Assembly: GCF_006345805.1 (NCBI RefSeq) | Contig: NC_043002.1 | Location: forward strand, 22,134,001-22,198,000 | Length of the DNA stretch: 64,000 nucleotides | Direction: 5' to 3' | Source: Octopus sinensis | Taxonomy: Eukaryota | In this document: positions 12,350 to 24,944 of the stretch, one piece after another | Layout: each line of letters opens with the position of its first letter | How positions within the stretch are numbered: the stretch's first letter is position 1 | Program-made: the position numbers and the translations under genes | The notes under the pieces: generated by a model | Told to the model about the DNA's origin: nothing | Seen by the model: only the letters and a program-made list of their open reading frames with translations | Databases searched by the model: none

Positions 12350-12496
12350 AAATATCATCACCATCGCCATCATCATCATCATCATCATCATCATTATCGA
12401 TTATTATTATTGTGTAAGAAATTAGTATTATTATTGATACTGTTGTTGTTGCTATTATTATTGACATTGTGGTAATTGTTGATATTGTTGTTGTTG

Positions 12497-12557
<61 letters not shown>

Positions 12558-12729
12558 CATTATTATTATTAATTCAGTTTATATACGTATTTTTTTTCGT
12601 TTTTTTTTAAAATATTTATGCTGTTCTTTTTGTGTTGAAGTGGATATGGTGTAACAGAAGAGGAATGTGAGATGAAGTGGGAGAGAAAAGTGAATGAGAG
12701 AGAGGGGTGAGAGTGAAAGTGAAAGGCTA

Positions 12730-12781
<52 letters not shown>

Positions 12782-13315
12782 GGAAAGCGAAAGAGACGGG
12801 GTTGCTGGTTTGTATTCGATTTTTACTAAATTGTATGTCGAGTAAGACAAAGTGAGAGTAAGAAAAGAGAGCGGAAAAGAGGCAGAAAGAATTAGTAGGA
12901 AGAAGGGAGAGAGAGAGAGAAAGAAGAAGAAGAAGAAGAAGAAGAAGAAGAAGAAGAAGAAGAAGAAGAAGAAGAAGAAGAAGAAGAAGAAGAAGAAGAA
13001 GAAGAAGAAGAAGGAGGAGGAGGAGGGATACTATGTTCATTCGTGTTGTAGTCAATAGAGTGTAATAGACAGAAGGCATGAAGAGAGAGAGCGAGAAGAG
13101 ATAACGAGAGAGGAAAGGAGAGGATAGAAAAATGGGAGAAGGATAACAGAGAATGAGAGTAAGAGAAGGAAAGAAAGAGCAAAGAGAAAAGAGAAGGGAA
13201 GGAAAGACAGAGAGAGAGAAACAGTAAGAGAGAAGAGCTGTCTGGCTCACTTGTACTGGAGGAGATATGGCTGCGAAAGGAGGGGAGATGAATAACATGA
13301 AAAATAGGCAGAAAA

Positions 13316-13352
<37 letters not shown>

Positions 13353-13400
13353 CAGACAGATAGATAAGAGAGAGAGAGAGAGAATGAGAGAGAGAGAAAA
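12350..13400. repeat. Cluster of (CAT)n, (TAT)n, (GA)n, (GAA)n and (GATA)n microsatellites
   Basis: Direct reading; pure (AAG)n at ~12921-13012. Confidence 0.9.
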
Positions 13401-14399
13401 TGATGGAGAGACAGGAGGGAGTGCAAGGGAGAAATATGTATGTGTGGAGAAGAGTGTTTCATTTTATAAAATTTTTAAGTAGACATCTTGTATTTCAAAT
13501 AATTCAACTTCCGGTTGCTGTGTAAATGCTTATTGACCTAAGAAAGCAAATGTCGTATCAACTTGCCTGAAACGAAGGTAGAGTGGTATAATGTTGTTGC
13601 TGTTGTTGTTGTTTTTGTTAATGGTAGAAGTGAATGTGGTGGCGATGGTGGTAGTGTTACTAGCAGTGGTTGTGGAGTGTTGTTGTTTGTTGTTGTTGTT
13701 AATGATTGTAGACCCTGTTTAGAGTGGTGTAATATGGTTATTGTTGGCAATGGTTGTCGTAGTAGTAGTGGAGGTGATAGTATAGACCCTGTTGAGATAG
13801 AGTTGTGCAATGATGCTTCGGTAGCTGTGGTAGGGGCTGTGGAGTGGTGTTGGTGGTGTTGATGTGGAGTGGTGTTGGTGGTGTTGATGTGGAGTGGTGG
13901 TTGTGATGTGGAGCGTCAGTGGTAGTTATTGTAGCGGTGATGGTGGTAGACCTTATTGAAGTAGCATAGCATATAATTCTTGTTGGTGGTAGTAGTGGTG
14001 GTTGTGGTTAGGGTTATGGTTGTGGTGATGGTGCTAGTAGAACCTGTTGAGGTAGAAATATGTGGTGTTGGTGTGGAGTAGCAGCAGCAGCAGCAGCATT
14101 AGTAGTAGTAGTATTAGTAGTAGTGGTGGTGGTGGTAGCAAAAGAAGCAGACAGTTGAAAAAATGGTATTGTAGTTGCTGTTGTTGTTGTTATTGTTGCT
14201 GTTGCAGCGGCAGAATGATATAATGCTGTTGTTGCTAGTGCTGTTGTTTGCTGTGGTTGTGTTGGCGGTAGTTGTGGTGTTGGTGGTTGTGGAGTCATTT
14301 TTAGCGGTGGTGGTCACGAGAATACGAAAATTGGGAGGAGTAATGGATATTTGCGAAGGTAGGAACGATGATTGATTACGATGGCGGTGTTGTTAATAT

Positions 14400-14583
14400 T
14401 TAACCCCAGTTCAGCTCCGACTGAGCAATCACATGATCAAAGGCACCTTTTTTCATGCATCATGTACCTTGGACTAAATTATCCAATGTGTTCTTTCGCT
14501 CTTAAGAAAGTAGGATGTGATTTAATGAAGATGTAGTGATTATTTCTAGCAAGTCGAAATATCGCATAGAGGCTCTCTCGTCG
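14400..14583 (+). repeat. Unclassified interspersed repeat (group D)
   Basis: TAACCCCAG..ATGATCAAAGGCA..ATTATCCAATGTGTTCTTT..GTAGGATGTGATTT..TATTTCTAGCAAGTCG, shared with the other group D copies. Confidence 0.55.
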
Positions 14584-14882
14584 AATTGCATTAGTGTTGC
14601 TGTTGTTTGTGTTGTTGTTGAAAGTGTGGTGGATATGCGGGGATGGTAGTGTGTGGTTCTTGCAAAGCTGGAGGGTGTGGTTTCAAAGAATTTTCAGAAA
14701 TAGAAAGAAAAATTAAATGCTAGTGGTGCAACACTGATTGAGTGGATTCGGAAAAGAAGTGTGGGGTGGGTGGGCGAGTTCTGTCTTTCATTTTTAATGA
14801 GGAAAGGAATTTAAAGCCAACAAGATGATTTCGAAACAAAAAGAGATAAAAAAGTTTAATGAGAATTATTATTATTATTATA

Positions 14883-14966
<84 letters not shown>

Positions 14967-15795
14967 TATGGGGATTGTTATTAGTAGTCTTATTTTTATG
15001 GCATGATTTCACTGCACAACTGACTGCAGCTCTACACAAATTAAGTATGTACAGGGTTTTCTATTTGTTTTCTATTCTATTGAACTTAGTCATCTTAATA
15101 TGAATACAATGTAGCGTAGTGCATCTCTCCTCGTTTATCACGGGTGTTTGGTTTAAAAACACACACAAAAGAAACAACAACACCGTACTGAATGAATCAA
15201 TAATAGATAAATAAAAGAACAAATGGAGTTAAAAAATAGGGTTTGTTCTGAAAGCCCAAGTTGTGAGCATCGTGGATGGTCGCTGGAGCGCGCTTTAGCG
15301 GTCCAAGCATAATTGTTGAATGTTCAATCACCCGTGTTATCATAGATTAATACTTGATTAACGTAACACGATTCACAATTAGCATGCCGTAATTCCGGAT
15401 CCGTGATGAATGAATCAGTGAAAAACGAAGCAAGATGTACTATTTTGTGTATGTTCTGTGTAAGTCCTGGAGTTATGGTTTTGATTTATATTTAGTTTTT
15501 GGTACTAATCAGTTAGAAAGTACTACATTTATTTTTTTCTGTTAACTTGCTGGGTCTCGAGGAAGAAGTACAATCATTGGCGTACAGTGGCCATCCGAGA
15601 CCGCTAAAACATTTCGCTTAAACTTAGCCAAGTTTACACCAGCAAGGAAAGACTAGATTAGAGAGGGGAATCTAGAAGTGTAAAGTTCTGGTAAGGAAGA
15701 ACTGGCATATTGATTATTGAATGGCCCGGTGTGATTGGACGTTGCAGGATGCTAGGAAGAGAAGACCAAACTATTCGAGGAGCGGTGACCGTTAT

Positions 15796-16186
15796 TTTTT
15801 TTTTAGGGAAGCACTCCGTCGGTTACGACGACGAGGGTTCCAGTTGATCCGATCAACGGAACAGCCTGCTCATGAAATTAACGTGTAAGTGGCTGAGCAC
15901 TCCACAGACACGTGTACCCTTAACGTAGTTCTCGGGGATATTCAGCGTGACACAGAGAGTGACAAGGCCGGCCCTTTGAAATACAGGTACAACAGAAACA
16001 GGAAGTAAGAGTGAGAGAAAGTTGTGGTGAAAGAGTACAGCAGGGATCACCACCATCCCTGCCGGAGCCTCGTGGAGCTTTAGGTGTTTTCGCTCAATAA
16101 ACACTCACAACGCCCGGTCTGGGAATCGAAACCACGATCCTACGACCGCGAGTCCGCTGCCCTAGCCACTGGGCCATTGCGCCTCC
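15796..16186 (-). mobile_element. tRNA-derived SINE (group C, tail 1), full length with poly(A) and 12-bp TSD
   Basis: A-box TGGCCCAGTGGCTAGGGC and B-box GTTTCGATTCCC. TSD GGTGACCGTTAT at 15784-15795 and 16187-16198. Nearly identical to 19654-20037. Confidence 0.93.
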
Positions 16187-17051
16187 GGTGACCGTTATAA
16201 TAGAGGTAGAAAAGACAGAGCGGGAAGCCAGTAGCTGGAGCGAGTCCGTGAGTGATTTTATACTAATTAGTCGGGCAACCTTTTTCAAGCTGCGATTCTC
16301 GTTATCTGTAAAGAGCAACGGCAGCAACTGCAGCACTAGCAGCAACAGCATCCCCATCTGAGGTGTAGGACCAACATTCCATTGTGGACTCATCTGAGCC
16401 TTTTAAAGAGCCACTAAATGTTAGAGAATGTAATATTTTCTGACTATGAAGACAAAAGATTCTAGCTGTTAATGGAAGTGATGTGCTTTCGTCGGGAGAA
16501 ATCCTTCGAGGTAGCGAATATTATTACAACATATTAATGGAATATCTAAAGTGTTGATACGTATTATCTAATTTGTATTGGATTTACAACTTCTATTATT
16601 ATCAATCTAGTGTGTCTATAATATTCCTTCGTAAATCTTTCTTTCATTTGTATGGTTTACCCGCTGAGAGGCAATTACCTTGAAACTATAGTCCGTATGT
16701 AGTACTTAGGTTTTCGAGGGAGGATGACCTCCCTTTGCAAATAACACAAGGGCGCTGAGATTGTGTCTAAAGTCCATCTGGTGACGTTGATCGCCTGGGG
16801 CTAAAAGCATCAGCAACACCCCACTCCCAGTGGCTAGCTACATTCAGATGGCTAGTACACCTTACATAGTAATTCCCTTTCTGGGATTCAAGATGTCATT
16901 TCAGTGGGTGTTAGAAAGAGGGCAAAATATTTGATTTATCATAAACAATTTTCAGAGTAAATTTATCGTTGAGCTTTTAAATATAACCTTACTTTATTAA
17001 GGATACCACGGCTATGCATCACACTATATAGGTATCATTTATCTTGTATCG

Positions 17052-17336
17052 TTTACTTGTTTCAGTTATTGGACTGCAGCTACGCTGGAGTCCCGCCTTG
17101 AAGGGCTTTAGTCGAAAAATCGATTCCAGTACTTGTCTTCTAAATGTCTAGTGCTTATACCAATTTTTTTGCCGAACCGCAAAAAATTATTGGGACATAA
17201 AAAAACTAACACCAGATGTCGAGTGGTGGGTAAGCGATGACAAACACTAACTCAAAGACTCACAAAGTATTATACAGTGGGACTGAACCTGAAACCACGT
17301 GGTTGCATATCGAATTTCTTAACCACACGACCACGT
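17052..17336 (-). mobile_element. SINE group B, decayed
   Basis: Reverse complement has head GTGGTTAAGAAATTCG..GTTTCAGGTTCAGTCCCACTG and tail AAGGCGGGACTCCAGCGTAGCTGCAGTCCAATAACTGAAACAAGTAAA. Confidence 0.7.
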
Positions 17337-17358
17337 TTGCGTCATTTGTTAGTAGCGT

Positions 17359-17592
17359 GAAAGGCGGTGAGCTGGCAGAAACGTTAGCACGACGGGCGAA
17401 ATGCGTAGCCGTATTGCGTCTGCCGTTACGTTCTGAGTTCAAATTCCGCCGAGGTCGACTTTGCCTTTCATTCTTTCGGGGTTGATAAATTAAGTACCAG
17501 TTACGCACTAGGGTCTATATAATCGACTTAATCCGTCTGTCTATCCTTGTTTGTCTCCTCTGTGTTTAGCCCCTTGTGAGTAGTAAAGAAAT
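17359..17592 (+). mobile_element. tRNA-derived SINE (group A, tail type 2)
   Basis: AAGGCGGTGAGCTGGCAGAAACGTTAGCAC head, GTTCAAATTCC B-box, GCCTTTCAT..GGGGT.GATAAATTAAGTACCAG core, tail ...TGTGTTTAGCCCCTTGTGAGTAGTAAAGAAAT. Confidence 0.88.
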
Positions 17593-17593
17593 A

Positions 17594-17758
17594 GGTATTT
17601 CGTCTGCCGCTACGTTCTGAGTTCAAATTCTGCCGAGGTCGGCTTTACCTTTCATTCTTTCGGGAACGATAAATTAAGTACCAGCTGAGTACTGGGGTCG
17701 ATGTAATCGACTATCTCCGTCCCTCAAATTTTAGGCCTTGTGTCTGTAATAGAAAGGA
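17594..17758 (+). mobile_element. SINE group A, tail type 1, 5'-truncated and head-to-tail with the previous copy
   Basis: Same B-box and core; tail TGAGTACTGGGGTCGATGTAATCGACT..GGCCTTGTG. Confidence 0.82.
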
Positions 17759-18007
17759 TTTGCTGGTAACATGACTGAAAACTGCTATTCAGCAACTGCA
17801 GACTGTCTTGCGAATATCTTAAGACAGAAATACTGTTTATGTTATCAGTTGGTGGGTTTCACGCATAGTGTATTGCATAGTTCTTCAGTTCTCTCCAAAA
17901 TTTCATTGAAGAAATACTTTGTTCCGAGAATAAGAAAGGTAAATAAAAGGTTTTGAGCATTCTCTTGATGTTCCACATATACCATGTGCCATAATAACGA
18001 TATCTGT

Positions 18008-18242
18008 TGTTTATTTCAATCATTGGACTGCGACCATGCTGAGGCAGCGCCTGAAGTGTTTATTCGAACAAATAGACCCTAGGATTATGTTCTTTTGTTT
18101 TTCTTATAATACTGGTAATTATTCTATCGGACTCATTTGCCGAACTGCTAAGTTATGACGTCGTTTTGACAAACCAGCACAGGTTGTCAAGCTGTTGGAG
18201 AGACAAATACGAACACGCACACACACACACATACACACACAA

Positions 18243-18273
<31 letters not shown>

Positions 18274-18488
18274 TACATACACACACACGCACACACATAA
18301 ACACACACAAACACACACGCACACACAGAACACACGCACACAGTTTCCGTCAATCAAATTGACTCTCAAGGCATTGGTAGGTCTGGGGTGTAGTCGAAGA
18401 AACTTGCTCCAGACGCTGCATAGTGGGACTGAACCAGAAACCAAGCGGTTTAAGAGCGAGCTTCTTAATTACACACACTCATGCCTAC
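18008..18488 (-). mobile_element. SINE group B with internal (TG)n expansion
   Basis: Reverse complement aligns with 18651-19060 along its length; internal microsatellite at ~18205-18340. Confidence 0.75.
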
Positions 18489-18650
18489 GCATGGATGCAT
18501 AAATAAAACGTCCCCTTAAATACATTTACGTTTTATTCGAAACTAATTGTATTCAATTTGTTTGAACACGCTACTGCTTTGGTTCAAAAATAAATTAAGC
18601 CTTTTCATCTTCAAATGTGGTATTAATTCTGTAGAAGTGTGCGCAAATTA

Positions 18651-19060
18651 GCGCAGGAGTGGCTGTGTGGTAAGAAGCTTGCTTGCCAACCACATGGTTT
18701 CGAGTTCAATCCCACTGCGTGGCACCCTGGGCAAGTGTCTTTCACTATAGGCTCGGGCCGACCAAAGCCTTGTGAGTGGATTTGGTAGACGGAAACTGAA
18801 AGAAGCCCGTCCTATATATGTATATTTATATACATGTGTGTATATGTTTGTGTGTCTGTGTTTGTCCCACCAGCATCTCTTGACAACCGATGCTGGTGTG
18901 TTTGCGTCCCCGTAACTTAGCGGTTCGGTAAAAGAGACCGATAGAATAAGTACTAGGCTTACAAAGAATAAGTCCTGGGGTCGATTTGCTCGACTAAAGG
19001 CGGTGCTCCAGCATGGCCGCAGTCAAATGACTGAAACAAGTAAAAGAGTAAAAAGAGTAA
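18651..19060 (+). mobile_element. tRNA-derived SINE (group B), full length
   Basis: GCGCAGGAGTGGCTGTGTGGTAAGAAG head, GTTCAATCCC B-box, CCCTGGGCAAGTGTCTT CORE-like block, internal TA/TG run, 3' stem-loop CAGTC-AAAT-GACTG and (TAAAAGAG)n tail. Confidence 0.92.
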
Positions 19061-19653
19061 ACATGTTCTATGACTGTGAAGCCAAAAAAGGTAGGTTTAA
19101 GCATGTATTTGCTCATATATTACGATCTCTGTTTCTTTACCTAAAATGAGTTTGATGTTTTAAAATAACTCAAAATACCTTTAATGCTAACATGGTGAAA
19201 ATTTCGGAACAGAGTTTCGTATAAATCCATCTTCCGAACCCGGTGAGGAGGGAGCTGTATTTACGAATCGAAGTTACCAATTATTCTTTTGTCGTCTGCA
19301 ATGTACAACTTGGTGTCGTCACTATTGAGAACGGTGGTTCGCAACCATTTTACAGTGGTTCCCGACAGTAGTTCCCAACCCTTCTATTTAAGTGAGTTTT
19401 CCCACGGACCCTATTTAATATGCTTATCCTTATGTATATATATTTATATATAAAAGATTGAATTTAGTTCGCTTAGGGCATCAAGGGAAGCGGGGAACCA
19501 CAGAAAGGGTAAATGGTTTACAACACAAAAAAAAGGAAAAAAAGAAAGAAAAAAAAACCTTAAACTTGCTAAAATAATATTCGAACTGAATTATATAATC
19601 GGAAATTCAATTTCGAGGTATTCATGGTGTCATAGGGAAGATGTGATCAAAAA

Positions 19654-20037
19654 GTGGAGGCGCAATGGCCCAGTGGTTAGGGCAGCGGACTCGCGGTCAT
19701 AGGATCACGGTTTCGATTCCCAGACCGGGCGTTGTGAGTGTTTATTGAGCGAAAACACCTAAAGCTCCACGAGGCTCCGGCAGGGGATGGTGGTGATCCC
19801 TGCTGTACTCTTTCACCACAACTTTCTCTCACTCTTACTTCCTGTTTCTGTTGTACCTGTATTTCAAAGGGCCGGCCTTGTCACTCTCTGTGTCACGCTG
19901 AATCTCTCTGAGAACTACGTTAAGGGTACACGTGTCTGTGGAGTGCTCAGCCACTTACACGTTAATTTCACGAGCAGGCTGTTCCGTTGATTCGAATCAA
20001 CCGGAACTCTCGTCGTCGTAACCGACGGAGTGCTTCC
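19654..20037 (+). mobile_element. tRNA-derived SINE (group C, tail 1), full length
   Basis: Near-identical reverse complement of 15805-16186. Confidence 0.92.
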
Positions 20038-20353
20038 ATGATCAAAGACTTTGCAATTAAAAGAAGCAGGAGAAAACTTTCCAAACATAAATAAAGTGGA
20101 TATATGCAAAAATAAATATTATTTTTCATCTTAATATTAGTTTTGTTTTGTTTAGAGAAATGAAAATATATTTTATGGTTTATCATTGTTCATATCTTGA
20201 ATTACATATATATGGGGGAAACCAAATTTTTAAAGTACTTTGGCCCTACTTTTTAGTCATAATGATTAAGACTACATCTTTTCCAAGGCAAGCTATTTAG
20301 TATTTGTTCCTGACTCTTTCAGTAAATTATGAAATGCATTTACCAGTAATTTA

Positions 20354-20663
20354 TCCTCGTCCTTTTCAAGCCTAGCCAGGTTCATGGGCCCGGTTTCCCG
20401 GTTTCTGTGGGGTATGTGTCCCCCCCCCCAGCTGGACGGGACGCCAGTCCATCGCAGCGTTACTAAAGAAATAGGAAGAGAGAGCGAGAGAAAATTGTGG
20501 GGAAAGAGTACAACAGAGGTCGCCACCAACCCCTGCCTGAGCCTCGTGGAGCATTTAGGTGTTTTCGCTCAATAAACATACACAACGCCCGGTCTGGGAA
20601 TCGAAACCGCGATCCTCCGATCGCGAGTCCGCTGCCCTAACCACTGGGCCATTGCACCTCCAC
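20354..20663 (-). mobile_element. tRNA-derived SINE (group C, tail 2) with 13-bp TSD
   Basis: Same head and body as group C up to ..CTTCCTRTTTCT, then a different tail (AGTAACGCTGCGATGGACTGG..GGCTAGGCTTGAAAAGG). TSD TACCAGTAATTTA at 20341-20353 and 20664-20676. Confidence 0.92.
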
Positions 20664-20698
20664 TACCAGTAATTTACGTGTTTAATATCTTCATTTCT

Positions 20699-21055
20699 AA
20701 AGGCGGCGAGTTGGCAGAATCGTTAAGCACACGGGGCGAAATGCTTAGCTGTATTCATCTGCCGCTACGTTCTGAGTTTAAATTCCGCCGTGGTCGATTT
20801 TGCTTTTCATTCATTTGAAGTTGATAAATCAAGTGCCAGTTGAGTACTGGGGTCAACGTGATCGACTATTCCCCTCCCCACATAATCCAGGCCTTGTGCC
20901 TGGAGTTGAATAGATTATTTTAAGGCAGCGATCTGGCAGAAGCGTTAGCACACCAGGCGAAATTCCTAGCGGCATTTCGTCTGTCTTTATGTTGTGGGTT
21001 CGAATTCCGCCGAAGTCGACTTTGCCTTTCATCCTTTCGGAGTCGATGAATTAAG
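20699..21055 (+). mobile_element. Two tandem SINE group A copies (20699-20915 tail type 1; 20922-21055 3'-truncated)
   Basis: Both begin AAGGCRGCGA.TGGCAGAA.CGTTA and carry the B-box and the GCCTTTCATCCTTTCGG core. Confidence 0.85.
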
Positions 21056-21338
21056 AAAAGAAATGAATATTTTCATTTCTAACATTGGTAGTTCTTTATG
21101 TTTTTTGAGCATCTTGTGTTGTTATGGTTTTCCACTTGTATTTTCGGAGAAATCATGAACTACTTTATCGAATAGGTCAGCTCCTTTTTTTATCCAAACG
21201 GTAGGGTATGATTTAAAGGAGATTGTTCTAAGCTAGTGACCTTTTTAAATGTTAACCCCAGATGTACCTGTTTTTCAGGTATGTTTTCTGGCTAGCTTAT
21301 TCTCAATACATTGAGTAAATATAATTATACCTCAACTG

Positions 21339-21668
21339 CTGTGGTTCCCAAGCATTTTTTGTCTGTGGGCCCTTTTGATTCGTATTTTCCTCTACTGGAC
21401 CTCATAATCATTTGATATTTAGAAAAAAAACCCTTAACAGGTTTATAATTAAATATTATAAGGAATTATACAAAAATTGTTAAAATAGTTTATGCCTTGT
21501 AGAAGTATAACCGATTTCTCGCTCATCGTTTTTAATAACCAAACTTTATATGCACCCTCAAGGATCATGTGGGTCCCCAATGGTCATGTGGGCCCCCAAG
21601 GGTCATATGGGCCTCCAAGGGTCATGTGGGTCTCCAAGGTTCATATGGGTCGCGGTTGAGAACCATTG
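21339..21668. mobile_element. hAT-type MITE with internal 19-bp minisatellite
   Basis: Ends CTGTGGTTCCCAA / TTGAGAACCATTG (CAGTGGTTCYCAA-type hAT termini). Five copies of AAGGGTCATRTGGGYCYCC at 21560-21653. No TSD seen. Confidence 0.65.
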
Positions 21669-22397
21669 ATGTATAGTAACACCTATGTTAATGTTGTTAA
21701 GTTTGTTTAGCCTCTGGACTGTCAAGATAGAGCGGTGATATGATAAAATATATTCCATCCACGACCATCCTGTTTCATGTTTTTAGAGATGTACTTGGGA
21801 TTAGAGATGTATCAAGTTCACTTTTATTTATGTATTTATCTATTTATTTAATTAATCGTATAACACGGTGTGATATTATTTGAGGAAATTATAGCAAGTC
21901 GAGTAACTGTGTGCAGTATCTATATTATCCTACGGAGAAAATCGAAGGATAGGGAAAAATGGAAACGGTAGAGTGGAAGACAAAGTTTTGTGCTGATTTT
22001 AGTTACATTCTGGTTTCAAATCCCGCTGTTGTCAACAACACTTTTCAAAATTTGGGGTTAAGAAGATAAGTGCATGTCAAGTAATTAGATTGATTTAAAT
22101 GAATGCTCTTCTTCCTGCTTGCCAATGTTAAAAATCGATAATTTTGCGTGGATAGTTGGAATGTAACTTTTGGGTTCCGGTTCAAATTTGAAATTCCGCC
22201 TTGGCCAATTTTAATTGTCTGCCTTCCAAAAGCGAGGAACAAATATAGTTATCAATGTAACAGGCTTCACCCTTAAAGGAATTGCGACAGCATGGCCACT
22301 ATGGAGCAGTAATTTGATTGGAGATATTCCAACCAAGCTCATTTAGTCTCAAATTTTTAGACATACCCAACGCGTTGTAGCGCATATCAGCACTTAT

Positions 22398-22664
22398 AGG
22401 CGCAGGCGTGGCTGCGTGGTAAGAAGCTTGCTTCTCGACCACACGGTTTCGGGTTCAGTTCCACTGCGTGGCATCTTGGGCAAATGTGTTCTACTATAGC
22501 ATCGGGCCGACCAAAATCTTGTGAGGGGATTTGATCGGAGAATGAAAGAAGCCTGTCGCATATATATATATATATTTGTGTGTGTGTGTGTGTGAGTGTG
22601 TTCGTGTGTGCGCGTATGTATGTATGTATGTATGTATGTATGTATGTATGTATGTATGTATGTA

Positions 22665-22697
<33 letters not shown>

Positions 22698-22754
22698 ATG
22701 TATGTGTGTATGTGTGTATGTATGTATGTAAGTATGTATGTATGTATGTATGTA

Positions 22755-22787
<33 letters not shown>

Positions 22788-23064
22788 ATATATGTATGTA
22801 TGTATGTATGTATGTAGGTATGTATGTATGTATGTATGTGTATTTATGTGTGTATCTGTGTTGGTCTCCTTACCATCGCTTGACAACCAATACTGGCGTG
22901 TTTATTTTCCCGTAACTTAGCGGATCGGGCAAAAAAACCGATAGAAAGGTACTAGGCTTACAAAGAATAAGTCCTGGGGTTGATTTATTCGACTAAAGCC
23001 TTTGAAAGCGGTACTCCAACATGACCGCTGTCAAAATGGCTGAAACGTGTAAAACAATAAAAGG
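22398..23064 (+). mobile_element. SINE group B, full length, internal microsatellite expanded to ~300 bp
   Basis: Head and tail align with 18651-19060; (TA)/(TG)/(TATG) array at ~22558-22857. Confidence 0.88.
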
Positions 23065-23069
23065 TTTTT

Positions 23070-23516
23070 TACGCCCACCACTACAACCACAAATACCACT
23101 AATACCAATTCTGTAACTACCACCTCTTCCATAAATTACACCAATACCATTATTTCTACAAACATTTTAGTCACAATCATAATAAGAACCACAACTAATA
23201 CTAACCACACAACTACCACCAGTACAACGACAGCTACGTCTGTATTCATCACTACCACCTCCGTTACTAGATATATTACTAATACCACTATATCACCACT
23301 ACTATTAACACAACCAGCACCCACCACCACCACTACCACCACCACTAACAACTGAGTGAGTGGCACCAGTGCTAACCACCATTACTACCAACAGCAGCAC
23401 CACCACCACCACCCGCCACTATGTTCACTACCACTCCGCTGCTACTACCACCAGTACCTCAAGCATCGTCACGACGACTACCACTACTAGTACCATCGTC
23501 ACTACTACTACTACTA

Positions 23517-23554
<38 letters not shown>

Positions 23555-23740
23555 TCACTATTTCCAGTACCACTAACCCCACTAGCACCTGTACTACCAC
23601 CACTATTATAACTACTCTGACTGCTACTATCACCACTAGCACCACCACCACCAGAACAAACAACAGTGCCACGACCAACACCGCCGCTTTTGCCACCATC
23701 GTCGCCCCACCCCCACCCGCACCACCACCACCAGAAGTAT
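23070..23740. repeat. Degenerate (ACC/ACT)n low-complexity tract
   Basis: Direct reading. Confidence 0.8.
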
Positions 23741-24106
23741 TCTTCACACTCTTACCTGTTCCAATGAAAAAGACAAACAAAAAAGGTTGCTGAAATATTT
23801 TAAGCTAATGTGTTGTTGGGAAATGGCGTATCTTATTTCTGTTCATTGCAACATGTCTGGCTTAAATGTTGAATAATATGGCGAATATTAAGGGGCAGGA
23901 AGGCAGGAAGGTAGAGAGAACGAGAGAGGGGAAACAGAGAGAGAGGGAGGGAAAGTCAGTGAGAGATAGATAGAGATAGACAGATAGATAGAGAGAGAGA
24001 GAGAGAGAAAGACAAGGATGAGAGAGTAACATTAGTGTCTCCTCTTTCATGAGAGTTCAAGCTAAAAGTTTTGAATTATAAAACAACAATAAAGATTTAT
24101 AAAATG

Positions 24107-24213
<107 letters not shown>

Positions 24214-24944
24214 CATACACCACACCAACATAGAACACACACACACAAATATATATGTGTCTGTGCGTCTATATGTTTGTATATGTGTGCACATATACAA
24301 ACATATTTATATATATACATATACAAACACGCCAGCATGCACACTCACACACACACACATACACACACTACCACACACGCGCACACACATACATACATGG
24401 AAGAATGGTACCCCCTCTCTACCTCTCAATTTCCTTCCTTTCTCTCAAATCATATCTCTCTATTCTTTCCCCCCTAAAAATTTAGCAAGAAGAACAGAAA
24501 ATATTTAAGAAAAACAGTTAACACAAAATATAAGGATAAAAAGGAAAATGCTGGAATAAAAATAAAAGTAATCGAAAATGGAATTAAACAAAACAACGTT
24601 TCACAAAGGAAAACAAATACAAAAAAACACATTAACATAATACACACGCACACAAGCGTGCATTTATAAGCATACACCCACACCCACACACACACTCACA
24701 CTCACAAACACATACATATGTATTTATCTTTTTCTTCTTTTAGTCATTAGACTGCGGCCAACCTTGAAGAATTTTTTGGTCGAATGAATCAATCCCAGTT
24801 TTTTTATTAAGCCTGGTACGTATTCTATAAGTCTCTTTGGCCAAGTCCCTAAGTTACAGGGATGTTATGGGAGACGTACACCGACACACACATCCATATA
24901 TATTTGCCTGTCTGTGTATACCAATGATCACAGCAAAAATATGG

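Noticed and set aside
15545-16260. SINE flanks as an RTE LINE 3' fragment
   Set aside because: Only a faint resemblance to GRPK..W motifs; not supportable by eye.
3780-20663. SINE heads as tRNA genes
   Set aside because: They have A/B boxes but no complete cloverleaf, and continue into shared SINE bodies.
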